From: Octopus vulgaris
Taxonomy: Eukaryota
Reading direction: 5' to 3'
DNA: 64,000 nucleotides
Assembly (NCBI GenBank): GCA_951406725.2
Contig: OX597816.1
Coordinates: 131,502,001-131,566,000, forward strand
Part shown: positions 26,115-39,132 of the stretch, piece by piece
Numbering within the stretch: the first letter of the stretch is position 1
Layout: the number at the start of each line of letters is the position of its first letter
The notes under the pieces: model-generated
The model's database searches: none
Told to the model about the DNA's origin: nothing
Seen by the model: only the letters and a program-made list of their open reading frames with translations
Program-made: the position numbers and the translations under genes

Positions 26115-26835
26115 CAGGGGTTGGGCAAAATAATGGAAACACCTGGCATCATAGCATCATAATTTTGAAATATCTATAAAACCATCAAAAGCTTGTTTAT
26201 TTCTATGTTTTTTGATTTGTTATTAGTGTTGCTTAATATGCTTTGCTAAAATTACTGTTTTTTTTTTTCAGATATCAAAAAAAGGTAATTAAAATTCATT
26301 AAAATGACAGATCTATTGGACTTTCAAAGAGGTCAAATTGTTGGTGCTCGTATGACAGGCACTAGTGTAACAAAAAACAGCCGAAATGTTTGGTCTATCA
26401 AGAATTACTGTCTTGAAAGTAATGATAGCCTTTGAGTAAGAGGGGTAAAAAACCTCCTTATCAAAACAAAACTCTAGAAGAAAACTAAAACTTTCAGATA
26501 GGGGCTTGTTGGACTCTTACACGGATTGTTGGAAAGGATTACAAAAGTACAGCTCCCAAAATTACTGCAGAGCTTAATGACTACTTTGTGAACCCAGTTT
26601 CCACAAAAACTGTTTACCGGGAGCTGCACAAAGCTAGATTTCACGGGGGTGGGGGGCTGCAATCAGAAAACCACTACTTCCAAAAAACAAATGTTGCGAA
26701 GCATTTAGAGTTGAGTAAAACCTACAGAATTGGTCCTAAGAGCAGTGGAAGAATGTTATTTTCTCTTTACCTAACTTCCAACCACCAAGTATATGTGTGA
26801 AGACAGCCAAAAGAAGCATTTGATCCAGACTGCCA
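26115..26835 (+). mobile_element. Tc1-like transposon, 5' half, decayed
   Basis: Left TIR ta|caggggttgggcaaaataatggaaacac. The transposase start MTDLLDFQRGQIVGARMTGTSVTK and VSTKTVYRELHK are present with frameshifts. Confidence 0.8.
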
Positions 26836-26934
26836 TATATATATATATATATATGGCAAATGAAAGGCAGAAGATGGAATATATATATGCATGTATATGG
26901 AATATATATATGGCAAATGAAAGGCAGAAGATGC

Positions 26935-27260
26935 AATAAGCACCATTCATGTGTGGGTCATTGCCAGTATCACCTGACTGGCTCCCCGTGCCAGTGGCAC
27001 ATGAAAAGCACCATCCGAACTTGGTCGATGCCAGCCCCCCCCCTCCCAAACTGGCTCCCATGCCAGTGGTACATAAAAAGCACCCACTACACTCTCGGAG
27101 TGCTTGACATTAGGAAGGGCATCCACCTGTAGAAATATTGCCAGATCAGATCGGAACCTGGTGTGGCCTCCTGGCTTGCCAGTCCCCAGTCAAACCGTCC
27201 AACTCATGCCAGCATGGAAAACGGACGTTAATTGATGATGATGATGATGATGATGATGAT
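26935..27260 (+). mobile_element. Family C repeat
   Basis: Ends ccgtccaactcatgccagcatggaaaacggacgttaattgatgatgatg. Confidence 0.8.
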
Positions 27261-28269
27261 ATATGGAGATTATACCATCTCCGAACCAAAGAGAGTCAGA
27301 AAGAGAATCTGGTCCAATTCACTATTTAACCTAGAAGTTTCAACTAACACAGGCTTAGAACTTCCTGGTGCTAATTTCCCAAGAACCCATCAGTATTATA
27401 ATCCCTCTGTGATTATAATATGTCATCCTGCTCAGATGACATCACTTCTAACATTGCACACTACAGTAGACACAAACATACACCTACACAGCTTCCAGTC
27501 CACATCCCAGCCAGTACCTGCTGAAATCCTACCAAGTGCCCACTAGTAGGGTCCTGCTTCTCAAAGGCTGTAGTCTATTGAGCCATCCTCAAACCATCTA
27601 ATGACATTTACCACTTTCTTTCATTTGTCTATCCAAATCTAGTTTCAAGGCTTTTGTTGGCCTAAAGCAAAAAGTGGAAGACACTTTGCCTAAGTTTGCA
27701 CACAGTGGGACTGAACCCAAGACCACATGGTTGGGAAGCAAGCTTCTTAATCATATACCCATCCTTGCATCTCTAGCCACACCTATGCCTATATGTGACA
27801 GAAATAAATACTGGGGACAATAGGATCAACTAGAACTCCATCCAGTATGGCTGGGATCCAATAATTAAATCCAGTAAAAGAAAAAAAGCAAAAGAACATG
27901 CATTCTTGCAGAGTTTGGTCAGATCATAATTCTTGATTCAAAATGCATTGCTACGTTTTGTCTGATAAGAGTTAATGATGCCCAATCATAAATGATGTTA
28001 ATGATATTATTATGCCAATGACACTTCAATTAAAATTAGTTTCTAATCTATTCATCTGCTCATTTCTGAACACAAGACTCCAAATTGCAAAGTCAGCAAA
28101 TGTAATTTCAGCACTCATTTTATTTTCTTATTTTCTGGGGTTTTTAAAAATTTTTTTTTTTTACTGGAGTAAATTTACGGTGGCGACATACCATGTCAAG
28201 ATTTTTGTATCAGATGTCCTGAAAGTGTTCAAAGAAATGTTCGCTTGCATCTTCTTTTATTTCTTTTTT

Positions 28270-28303
28270 CTACTACCACGACAACAACTGCTACTGTTGC
28301 TGT

Positions 28304-28364
<61 letters not shown>

Positions 28365-28403
28365 ACTACTACTGCTACTACTACTACTGCTACTACTACC
28401 ACC

Positions 28404-28463
<60 letters not shown>

Positions 28464-28575
28464 GCTACTACTTTCTGTACATCCTTTATCCACCCCATCA
28501 CCACCACCACTACTGCCACCGCCACTGTCGCTGCCACCAACCCTCACCACCACCACCACCACCACCACCACCACC

Positions 28576-28635
<60 letters not shown>

Positions 28636-28800
28636 ACTACTACTACTACTTCCTGCATGTCTGCCCCCAACAGCCACTGCCAACATCACCACCGACAGTA
28701 TTACATCCACCACCAACTTCATAGCCCCATCATCAGCATTAGCACCACTATCAACACAACCACAACTACAAAACCCCACCTCTCACAAACCCACTCCACC
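28270..28800. repeat. Large compound trinucleotide repeat (CTA/CTG/CAC)
   Basis: Directly visible. It generates the low-complexity ORFs in all frames. Confidence 0.95.
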
Positions 28801-29092
28801 ACCATGGCCTCTTTGTCTCTTCCTTCTCTTCCTTCCTCTTCCCCCTTTGCTTTTCTCCTATGTGGCCCTCAAAATACTCTAGGAGTATTGTAGGAGAAAA
28901 GCAGAAGATTGATTTCTAAAATGGATTCTATGTCTTATATTTACGAGGCAGAGATATGAGATTGAGTGACATTCATGTCTTTCTCAAGAAACTTAGCAAA
29001 CGGCATGCATGAAATACATGAACAAGTATGTCTATGACTGGAAACTGAAACTGGATCACACAGGCTTAGAAACAGACTATATGTATGTGTAC

Positions 29093-29134
<42 letters not shown>

Positions 29135-29751
29135 ATATATACACACATGTAGATATATATGTATGCTTGCATATAGACATACATACATACATACATACAT
29201 ACATACATGCATAATACATATATACATACATATATATATATATATATAGAACCACCCAGCGAACTTCCACCATGGGTCATTACAATTGCTTAAGGTAAAA
29301 ATGAATTCCTCGCTCTTTCGGAAACATCAATCTTCTGTATTGACCGCTTTCCACCACTTTGATCTGTTTTTTGTATTGAATACGTATCGCCACCGTGGGC
29401 CACTGCATCGAACACTTTGAACATATACTTCAAACTATATATCAACTATACATGAACTATATATCAACTATACATGAACTCTAAGATGTCTGACTCCGTT
29501 GTGTATTATAAATGAATTTCTTGTGTTTGACGGCATGAGCTGTCTTTTTTTATATATAACTTTTTTTGATAAGGTTCATTTCAGGAACTGAAACATGTTA
29601 TAATGTATATATAAAAATTAAAAATTGTATAATACAGCAGCATTTTCGAACTTCATTTTTTACAAATATATATATATATATATATATCCAAAATTCTGAC
29701 TTAATATACAATATCCGAGTGCCACTTCAAACACTCTACACACACACACAT

Positions 29752-30366
29752 TCATCATCATCATCATCGTCGTTTAGCATCCGTTTTCCATGCTAGCATG
29801 GGTTGGACGGTTCTACTGGGGTCTGTGAAGCCAGAAGGCTTCATCAAGCCCAGTCAAATCTGGCAGTGTTTCTACGGCTGGATGCCCTTCCTAACGCCAA
29901 CCACTCCGTGAGTATAGTGGGTGCTTTTTACGTGCCACCCGCACAGGTGCCAGACAGAGCTGGCAAACGGCCACGAACGGATGGTGCTTTTTATGTGCCA
30001 CCGGCACAAGGGCCAGGCGAGGCTGGCAACGGACACGAAACGGGGCGGTGCTGGCAACGGTCGCGAAACGGAAGGTTCTCTTACATGCCACCGGCACTGG
30101 TAACACATCTGCAATTTCCATTGATCGATTTCCATTCTGATCCTCACTTGCCTCAACGGGTCTTCACAAGCAGAGTTTCGACATGCCACCGGCACTGGTA
30201 ACACATCTGCAATTTCCATTGATCGATTTCCATTCTGATCCTCACTTGCCTCAACGGGTCTTCACAAGCAGAGTTTCGACATGCCACCGGCACTGGTAAC
30301 ACATCTGCAATTTCCATTGATCGATTTCCATTCTGATCCTCACTTGCCTCAACGGGTCTTCACAAG
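29752..30366 (-). mobile_element. Young family C copy with three tandem 98-bp repeats
   Basis: CpG-rich copy. acatgccaccggcactggtaacac... starts at 30083, 30181 and 30279, with essentially identical units. Confidence 0.9.
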
Positions 30367-30859
30367 TAGAATTAAAAAATTAAGGTTTAGAAAAGCAGTG
30401 TTAAATGCAGTATCCAAACCTTGTTTCAAGGGAAGTCCCAGGTAGTGTAGCTGTAGAGCATGTTCACCACTTTATGGCTCCCAAGTGTTATCAAGATTAC
30501 TGTGTGTTCGTTGTCATTGGATCCATGTCTGGAATTCCAAGGTGTGCATAGGGTATATTTTAAATGATTGATATAAAAGACGGAGTGTAACTAGAATCTT
30601 TATTAACACAACAATCATTTTGGCTTCATTCTGCATTGTTCTCTAGTGGGTGTGGGACATGTAATAACATTAGATGCAACGCACAGTGCAAAAAAGCCTC
30701 AACAGGTTGAGTAACATGCTTCAAAAGTTAGCAGATTTACATTTCATTTTCGCTCTAAGTTATACACTGGTGGTGAGATACAAGCAGTTTAGATACATTA
30801 GGAAAGAAGCTGAAACGATTGTTGTGCTAATAAAACTTCTAATTACATTGTATCAAGCA

Positions 30860-31015
<156 letters not shown>

Positions 31016-31047
31016 ATATATATATATATATACATATATACATATAT

Positions 31048-31451
31048 ATTACTCTTTTACTCTTTTACTTGTTTCAGTCATTTGACTGCGGCCATGCTGG
31101 AGCACCACCTTTAATCGAGCAACTCGACCCCGGGACTTATTCTTTTGTAAACCCAGCACTTATTCCATTGGTCTCTCCTGCCGAACCGCAAAGTAACGGG
31201 AACATAAACACACCAGCATCGATTGTCAAGCAATGCTAGGGGGACAAACACAGACACACAAACACACACACGCATATATATACATATATACGACGGGCTT
31301 CTTTCAGTTTCCGTCTACCAAATCCACTCACAAGGCTTTGGTCGGCCCGAGGCTATAGTAGGAGACACTTGCCCAAGATGCCACGCAGTGAGACTGAACC
31401 CGGAACCATGTGGTTGGTAAACAATCTACTTACCACACAGCCACTCCTGCG

Positions 31452-31455
<4 letters not shown>
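31048..31455 (-). mobile_element. Full-length, well-preserved SINE family A
   Basis: Reverse strand reads ggcgcaggagtggctgtgtggtaag (A box)...ccgggttcagtctc (B box)...ttgggcaagtgtc, with an (aaagagt)n tail. Embedded in (TA)n. Confidence 0.9.
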
Positions 31456-31502
<47 letters not shown>

Positions 31503-31510
31503 ATATATAT

Positions 31511-31558
<48 letters not shown>

Positions 31559-32192
31559 ATATACACACACATATACATGTACATACATTCATACATATAT
31601 ATATGTATACATATGTATGTATAATTTTATTCTCAAATGCACGATTATGCTAATAATATAGCATGAACAGGATAAACTATTCATATTTTACAGAAGGCCG
31701 GTGACAAATTTTTCTGCAAAATATGAATAGTTTATCTTGTTCATGCTATATTATTAGCATTATCCTGTGTTTGCGACTAAAATTATTTCCTTATCTGTAT
31801 CTTTCATCACATTTCAATGCTTCTAAAGTAAACTTTGTTTATGTTTTATATATATGTATATATATAGATAAAACTTACTTGGAAAAGGATGCGTGGCATT
31901 CAGTCATATAATAATATAAATATATAAATATATGCATATGTACATACATATATGTACATACCTACATAGATATGTATATATACAAGCATATATGGGTACA
32001 GGACATCAAAAAAATGTTGAACACAATGAGAAACGAAAACATAAAAACAAAAGCTTAGAAAATGAACTTTTTTCGGACAACGACAAAACAGAGAAATGAG
32101 ACATGCAACATAGAGAATATTCCCCTTCATCAGTTGTCCCTGTTTCATCTACTCTGCATTTCAAAGGCATATATATATATATCTAACACATA

Positions 32193-33900
32193 CACTACCG
32201 TCAGAAATTAATTAGCACCCTTGATTTGCTCTTCACTCAAGGTATTTGCTGTCACCTAGTGGCCATATCTCGAACTATTGCTTTGTTGCGAGTTCACTGT
32301 TGCGCAGAACGATGATGTAACTTTGTTTGCAGAGTGGTTTGAGAGTCTACAGCCTAATGATGTTGACATAGCAGTGCAACAACTTGGAGTGCGGATGCAG
32401 ACAAATCTTCCTTTGTTTAATAGATATAGGTAGCGCCTCGCAAGGACCGAAATCACACCGTACTAAGTTTTCTCATCGCGTAAGACGTTTTGAACAGCTC
32501 GTAGGTTAATTGATTTGTGTATTTGCAAGATTTTTTTTCCTCACAAATTCTCCTACACTCTGCTTCGTGACGTCGCTTCCAGTTCACAAAACTTTCTGTT
32601 ATACATCAAATAAAGTGAGAAATTCTGCTTTCTTTCTTTTTTGTTTAATGAATAATAACTCATAGCAGTTTTGTTATAGCATAACATTATTCAAATGAAT
32701 AGTTTTAATGAAAATAACTGGTTTTTATCGTTCATTCCTAGATGGGCCCAAGACCTCGCATGACCTTGGAGAGACGGTACGAGGCTCTCTCGTGGCGTGG
32801 GAAGCTGTCGGAGGCTGCAATAGCCAGAAAACTTGGTGTAGCCAGGCGCACAATTCAGTGCTTATTTAAGAAATACGAGGAAACCGGATCAGCAGCTGAC
32901 AAAAAGGGTAGGGGATGGAAGAGGCTGACGCCCCAGCGGGAGGACCGGATGCTGATCCGAAAGTCACTGTACAACCGAAGGGCAACGAGCCGGCAACTGG
33001 CAGAGGAGATGCAAAAGATGACAGGGAAGCAGTTGTCTACAACCACTGTCAAGACCAGATTACTGGAAGCTGGTCTAAAATCCTGTAGGGCTGCCCGTAA
33101 GCTGCTCCTTACAGCCCAAAACCGGAAGAGGCGGCTGCTCTGGGCCCGTGCCCACAAGACATGGACCGTGCAGCAGTGGTGGACAGTGATGTTCACTGAC
33201 GAGTCGCGATTCAGTCTCGTCAGTGACAAGCCTGTCCATGTGCGACGCCGCAAGGGTGAGCGCTTCAACAAAGACTGCATTGCTCCCACCATGAAGCATG
33301 GTGGGGGTGGTCTGATGGTGTGAGGGGCGTTCAGCTACAGTGGTGTTGGGCGGCTCTATGCCGTCGAAGGCAACATCAATGCAGCAAAGTACGTTGAGAT
33401 AGTATGGGATACCTCTTTGGTGGCGAGGAGTACGTGCTCCAGCAGGACAACGCGCCTTCCCACACAGCCAAGCTCACAACCGGTTTCTTCAAGGACCATG
33501 GGGTGACGGTCATGGACTGGCCTGGCCAGTCACCTGACCTGAACCCTATTGAGAACCTCTGGAGTCGATTGGGTAGGGATTTGAATGTGCAGCAATACAG
33601 GAACCGACACGAGCTGTTTGGGGCACTTCTTGCAGCATGGAGGGCCATCCCTGCACAGTACCTGCAGGCACTCATAGACAGCATGCCGACCCGCGTAGCA
33701 GCTGTCATTGCTGCCAAAGGAGGAGCAACAAGATATTGACTAAATTTCATGATTAATAACAATTATGTGGTGTGCTGGGATATGTTTTAATAAATTTTTG
33801 ATTAAAAACGAGTTCGTTTCTTATAATAAGTTAATTAAATTAAGAAAATGTAAGAAAATGTAGAAATTTGAGAAGTGCTAATTAATTTCCGACGCAAGTG
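32193..33900 (+). mobile_element. Near-complete Tc1 transposon (DD34E), 1708 bp
   Basis: TA|cactaccgtcagaaattaattagcac ... gtgctaattaatttccgacgcaagtg|TA gives 26-bp TIRs with 3 mismatches and a TA duplication. Confidence 0.95.
32742..33739 (+). pseudogene. Tc1 transposase, disrupted by one stop (33321-33323) and a frameshift near 33400
   Basis: HTH N-terminus, then VMFTDESRF, KHGGGGLMV*G, LQQDNAPSH and WPGQSPDLNPIEN. There are 34 residues between the second D and the E. Confidence 0.95.
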
Positions 33901-33929
33901 TACACACACACATGCACATATTTAAGGAA

Positions 33930-34454
33930 TATGAGGGGTTTAGTTCATTGATGATCTAAATTAATAGGTATGCTGTGTAATTGCTATAATTGGTCATCCA
34001 CTAGGTTCCAAGTTCACAGCTCAGGCAGGACCTTGGGATCCATAGTAGGCTTCTGAGTCAGTAGGTATATGTTAAAGTAAAAGGAAAGCAAAATCAAGGC
34101 AGGATGAGTATCTCAGTTCATTTAGAATATTTAATTAAAGTAAGGTGAATAAAAAAAAAAAAGTAGAAGTAATTAATGTCTTACAGCTGTTTCTAGGATA
34201 TTCCAGATAATGGGTCAACACCCCCATACACTGAGTATTCCATCATCAGAGACAAGGTGTGTATGCTTGAAAGTTCCAGACAGAGAAATCATAGTATATA
34301 GAAGAATAAAACAGTAGATGGAATACTAGAAGAATAATGATAGAAGAATGAACTGTGAACTTTATTCTTCTACTTCTCCTTTTTTGATTTACCTTAATCT
34401 AATTAAATATTCTAAATGATCTGAGATGCTTGGTTTTGTTTTCCTTTAGCTTTA

Positions 34455-34456
<2 letters not shown>
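33930..34456. mobile_element. Penelope-like pLTR-type module with inverted arms (about 34071-34170 and 34360-34456)
   Basis: atctcagttcatttagaatatttaatt vs aattaaatattctaaatgatctgagat. Its leader is shared with 40545-40620, and it contains a hammerhead motif. Confidence 0.55.
34177..34254 (-). ncRNA. Type I hammerhead ribozyme candidate
   Basis: Minus strand: UGUCU-CUGAUGA-[~49-nt stem II]-GAAA-CAGCUG-UA-AGACA. Stem I is 5 bp and stem III is the palindrome ACAGCUGU. Confidence 0.75.
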
Positions 34457-34495
<39 letters not shown>

Positions 34496-36632
34496 TTTAA
34501 AAGTGTAAAGCTGTAAGAGTGTTTCTTATATTTTATATTATGGAGATGGTTATGGTGTAGGTGGATGGAGGGGAATTGGTGAGATATTGACAAGTTTAGT
34601 TGTTAGAAAAGATTCCTTCATCTTTTCTCGTTTTTCCTCTGACTAGGTAACCAAGTTTCTCCTTTACATCAGCATTCAGTCCACACTGTAACGTGGTTGG
34701 CATCTGGAAGGACATGTAGTTTGGTTTTATGTTAAATCCAATGATTTAACATAAGATGACTGAAATTTCGATGTCACTGTCAATACTATTCTTGTTAAAA
34801 AATATGATGCAGTCCTTGACTCTATAGATCTTTGTCAAACCATTCAACTCATGCCAGCATGGAACATAGGCATTAAATGATGGTGATGATATGGTCAATC
34901 TTACCAATTAGTTTCACACTAGGTATGAAAATGGATGTTAGGTAACAGAACATTTAAGAAATACTGTGTGCTTGTTAGAACTGACAATTAAAATCAAAAT
35001 CAGAAAACACTCAATTTAGCATCAAATGGGATATACTCTCACATGCACAATGCCAATTTTGTATGAATGAATCCTACCACATTCTAACATTCATGGACCA
35101 CATCCTAAACCAAAACTCCAAACTAGTCTCTTCATGCAAGCACAAAATCTTAAAAACACTAAAACACTTTAAACTAATAATCTTTTCTAACACCTAAACT
35201 TATCAATATCTCACCAAATACCCTCCGCCCACCTACACCATAAACCATCTCCATAATATAAGAAACACTCTTACAGCTTTACACTTTTAAACTAAACAAG
35301 TACTCTAGAAATTATCTAAAAGTCTGCTAATCTCCAACTAATATTCCCACAAAAGATGTTCTAATATAACTACACAAACCTATATATACACACATGAAAT
35401 ATATGCAAGCAAACTGAAAGAACTTTTTCTTTTATCTTCTTTATTTTTTAATTATATTTTTGGTCACAGTTTTATACATGAATATATACACACCTTCTAT
35501 GTCAGCCTCACTTTAGCATATATCTAGAACAGAATTTGAAGAAATTTTATAAACAAACACCAAATAATCTCTACCTCCACAAAACAGAGAGGTTAAAATT
35601 CCTATATATTAATCCAATTGCTTATGGAGTAATGAACATCTAGAGAGAAACATATAGACATACAACCTTTACTTAAATATTTTTTTGAACATGAAAGCAG
35701 GAGAAAAACTACTTTCTGTACTAACAGATCCATGATATGCCTCACTAATAACCTCAACTTTACAAATGAAAACAAGAAATGCTCTGAATAACCACAACAT
35801 GTAAAGAAATGACAAGCCTAAACTTAAAACCTACTTAAATTCTTTTGTGAAAAAAAAAGTTGACACACCCAATTACTAAGAGCTTAAATACTGGACTTTG
35901 TATGCTTGACCTTCATTGTCAAAGCAAAAGGAGTAAATACAATAATATCAAAAGTGTGTCTCTGTGTGTGCATTTGTGTTTAGGCAACTGGGTTAGTGCT
36001 TAGGGTGTTGCCCTCATGATCTTTAGATTGAGGCTTTGATTCCTGGAATGAACAATGCATTGTGTTCTTGAGCAAAGCTCTTCATTTCCTATTGTTTCTG
36101 TCCATTCAGATGGCAAATATGAGTCATTCTGCAATGGATTGGCATCCCACTCAGGAAGGGAATGCATATGCACCACAGAATTGAGGAAACTGGGCCCTAT
36201 GATTCTAAGGCTCAGGAAGAACCTTTGATCCTTTTGATATGTAGCATACCTATTTGAGCACTCAGACTACATACCTATTACTTTGATTCACTCTGATAAA
36301 AACCCCTCATATCTTACAATGCCCCAATAGCTGGGATGTCCATGAAACAGCTGTCAGAGACTATTTTTTACTATTTTTCACCATTTGTTATGTAGCTAAA
36401 TTAGATTGAATTATATTGAATTAATTGTCTTCCTTAATTGTTTGCCTTTTCCAACTACTTTAACCTGCACCTACTGATTCAAAGGGAAGCCACCTTGAGC
36501 CATTTTGAACAAGGCAATCACATAACCACAACTTCAACTGCTGTTCAAACTGGAATTTTAGTGATGCACCTACTTGAGCACTCAGGACACATACCTATTA
36601 GTTTGAGTTATCCAGAAGAAAATGCCTCATAT

Positions 36633-36677
<45 letters not shown>

Positions 36678-36682
<5 letters not shown>

Positions 36683-37880
36683 TATTTCAAGCTTTAATTA
36701 ACAGTTCAAACAAATTACATATGATTAGTGTTTATTCATGAAAATATATCCCATCATTAGCTGTTGTCTGTTAACATCATTGTGCAAGGAGCTCAATTCC
36801 ATGCTTATACAAATTGGCCGGTCTAGAGGCAAAAAAATCCCTACACTTGTTTCAATCTCAACCACATTGTTGAATCCCCATCTGTGCAGGAAATTAGCAA
36901 TGGTTTGGAGAAAAGATGGTAATCTGATGGTGCAAGGTCTAGACTGTTGGCAAAGTGAGGCAGTTCTTCCAGCCTCACAAGTTCATCTACTTCATGCTTG
37001 ATCACATTGATAGTATGTGTCATACTATAGGAGTGCATGTCTTTGATTGACCAATGCCAAATTGCAGGCTTTCAATGTAACATATACTCACTGTAGTTGT
37101 TGAGCATAAAGGTTAGCATTTACAGCATGACCATTTGGGACAAGTTCAAAGTGCAACAACTCAAAATTCCATCAAACACATCTTCTGTTCAAACCACCCT
37201 TGTTTGACTCCAGGTGCTGAAGCCAGGCTGGAATGAAGCCAGTGGTTTCTTTTATTAAGATTAGGAAAATAAATCCATTTTCATCTCTAGTTACAATTTG
37301 ACCCCAAAAATGAGCTTATTGAGGATTTGCTAGCAGTTGTTTGCAAATGTTAACATGTCATTGAGCCTGCTCATTGGTCATTGGTCAGTCCATGAGGAGC
37401 TTCTTGATGGTATCTGTTCACAAGGTCAAGCTTTTGGAGATGTTGATTGATGGTGCTTTGTGAGGGACTAAGTTCTATTGACAATGTATGGATTCTTGTG
37501 TTTAACCATTTTGATGAAAGGCCTTATCTTCCATGACAGAAGATCTCCCTGACTTTAGTTTATCTTTGAGGTTGATGTCACTTTCCTTGAAACATCTGAA
37601 CCAGTTTTGTGCCACGCTTTCGTTGACAGATCCTAGGCCTTCAACATCATTCATTTCTTTTGCCATTACTCTGGCACTCAATCTTTTTTTCCACAAGTAG
37701 TGTAAAATGGCTCTAATTGTAATTTTTTTCTCTACTCATTATCGAAGTTGCGAAATAAAGAATAAAGAATTAATGTTTATCTGCTATATATGAAAATAAA
37801 GAACAAACAATTCAACAATAACTAGACAAAATATATCAAATTAACAATGGAAATACAAGTTGCATCAGTGCAAGTCCAGA
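36678..37880 (-). mobile_element. Decayed mariner (DD34D-type) element
   Basis: Minus strand starts ta|caagggtgagtcaaaagttttc. Translated pieces include AQNWFRCFKESDINLKDKLKSGR and SLDLAPSDYHLF. Confidence 0.8.
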
Positions 37881-38709
37881 AAACTTTTGACTCACCCTTG
37901 TATAGAAAACAAAAAAAACGAAAATGTCTTGAGAAATTTATCCTGAATAAAAGTATTTTATTTCTTTTTTATTTTTCAGTTTATTTTACCTTTTATTTAA
38001 GCTTTTTTTAAAAAAAATTAATTGAAACTGGAAACATATCTTGATAAAAGCATGAATGCATTTTTACTTTTATCCATGACAAAGTTCTCAAAGCATTTTC
38101 TTTATCTTTTTAGTAAAAATCTATTCATGCAAAACCTCTTAAACTTTTTTAATATAGTATATATACATCAAAAGAGAAAAAGAGGGATAGAGATAGAGAG
38201 AAAGAGGGGAGAGGGAGAGAGGAGAAAAGGGAAAATAGGTTTACAGATGTCATAGTTGAAAATTTCAGAAGCCATTTCAAAGCATATTAATGATTAAATC
38301 TGATGTATGTAAATATATTCAGATACTTTCAGAATCAAATTGTTGTTTCAAAAGCATGGCATAGAGATAGAGAATGAGGTCATTGGTCATAGTATTAGCT
38401 TAGTGTACCCTTGTTTGTAGTCAACAAAGTTAAAATTTAGTTACAGATGTATTCTGGTCTTAGAATAGGTGCAATGTGTTCCTGCATGCTGTAAGAGCTG
38501 GAAGAGCATCCAGCTGTAAAACATTGGCACAAAAAACAAAACAAAAAAAAAACAAAACATTCAAACCATGACAGCATGGAAAACTGAATGCGAAATGATG
38601 ATGATGAAGAGGATGATGATTATGATGATGTTGATAATGATGATGATAATGATGATGATGATGATGACGATTATTAATTTATATATTATATAATTAATAG
38701 TTCTAGGCA

Positions 38710-38975
38710 GGGCTGGTTTTAAGCTAATTAGACATATTTTATTCAAATTGAGCCCTGCACCAAGAGAGGGCCCCACACACATGCTTAAGCAGAGGCTAGT
38801 ATGATGAACCTCTAGTATCTCGTAATGGCTAATGGTGGAGCCTCAAGCCCTCAATGCTTTTTGTCTGGGACTGGCATACTACATGAAGCATAAAAAATCA
38901 ATTTCCAGCTTTTGTAGAGTAGAGGGCCTCCATTGACAATTCTCTAATTGGGCCCCACACTTCCTGGTGCTGGAT
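38710..38975. mobile_element. Possible hAT-type MITE remnant
   Basis: Begins cagggctggttttaag and has subterminal gggcccc motifs at both ends. The right terminus is degraded. Confidence 0.35.
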
Positions 38976-39090
38976 CTCATTCTAGGAAGATTGGTACGAA
39001 ACCAATACTGAGTCTCTGTGTGTCTTAAACATGAAGCTCAAGTAAGATCTGCATTGGATTATGGCTCACATTTATGAGTTGGTGTTGCAA

Positions 39091-39129
<39 letters not shown>

Positions 39130-39132
<3 letters not shown>

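Noticed and set aside
28012-28893. 293-aa ORF and overlapping ORFs
   Set aside because: Poly-L/T/P tracts from stop-free trinucleotide repeats; there is no domain-like sequence.
31380-31455. tRNA gene
   Set aside because: A/B boxes are present, but it is the head of a multicopy SINE with no complete cloverleaf.
32105-32170. Minus-strand GAAA...CUGAUGA arrangement suggesting a type II hammerhead
   Set aside because: Stem I cannot be paired after the putative cleavage site. It may be a decayed PLE-type end but is not supportable as a ribozyme.
32855-33762. Minus-strand ORFs of 145 and 128 aa
   Set aside because: Antisense shadows of the GC-rich Tc1 transposase.
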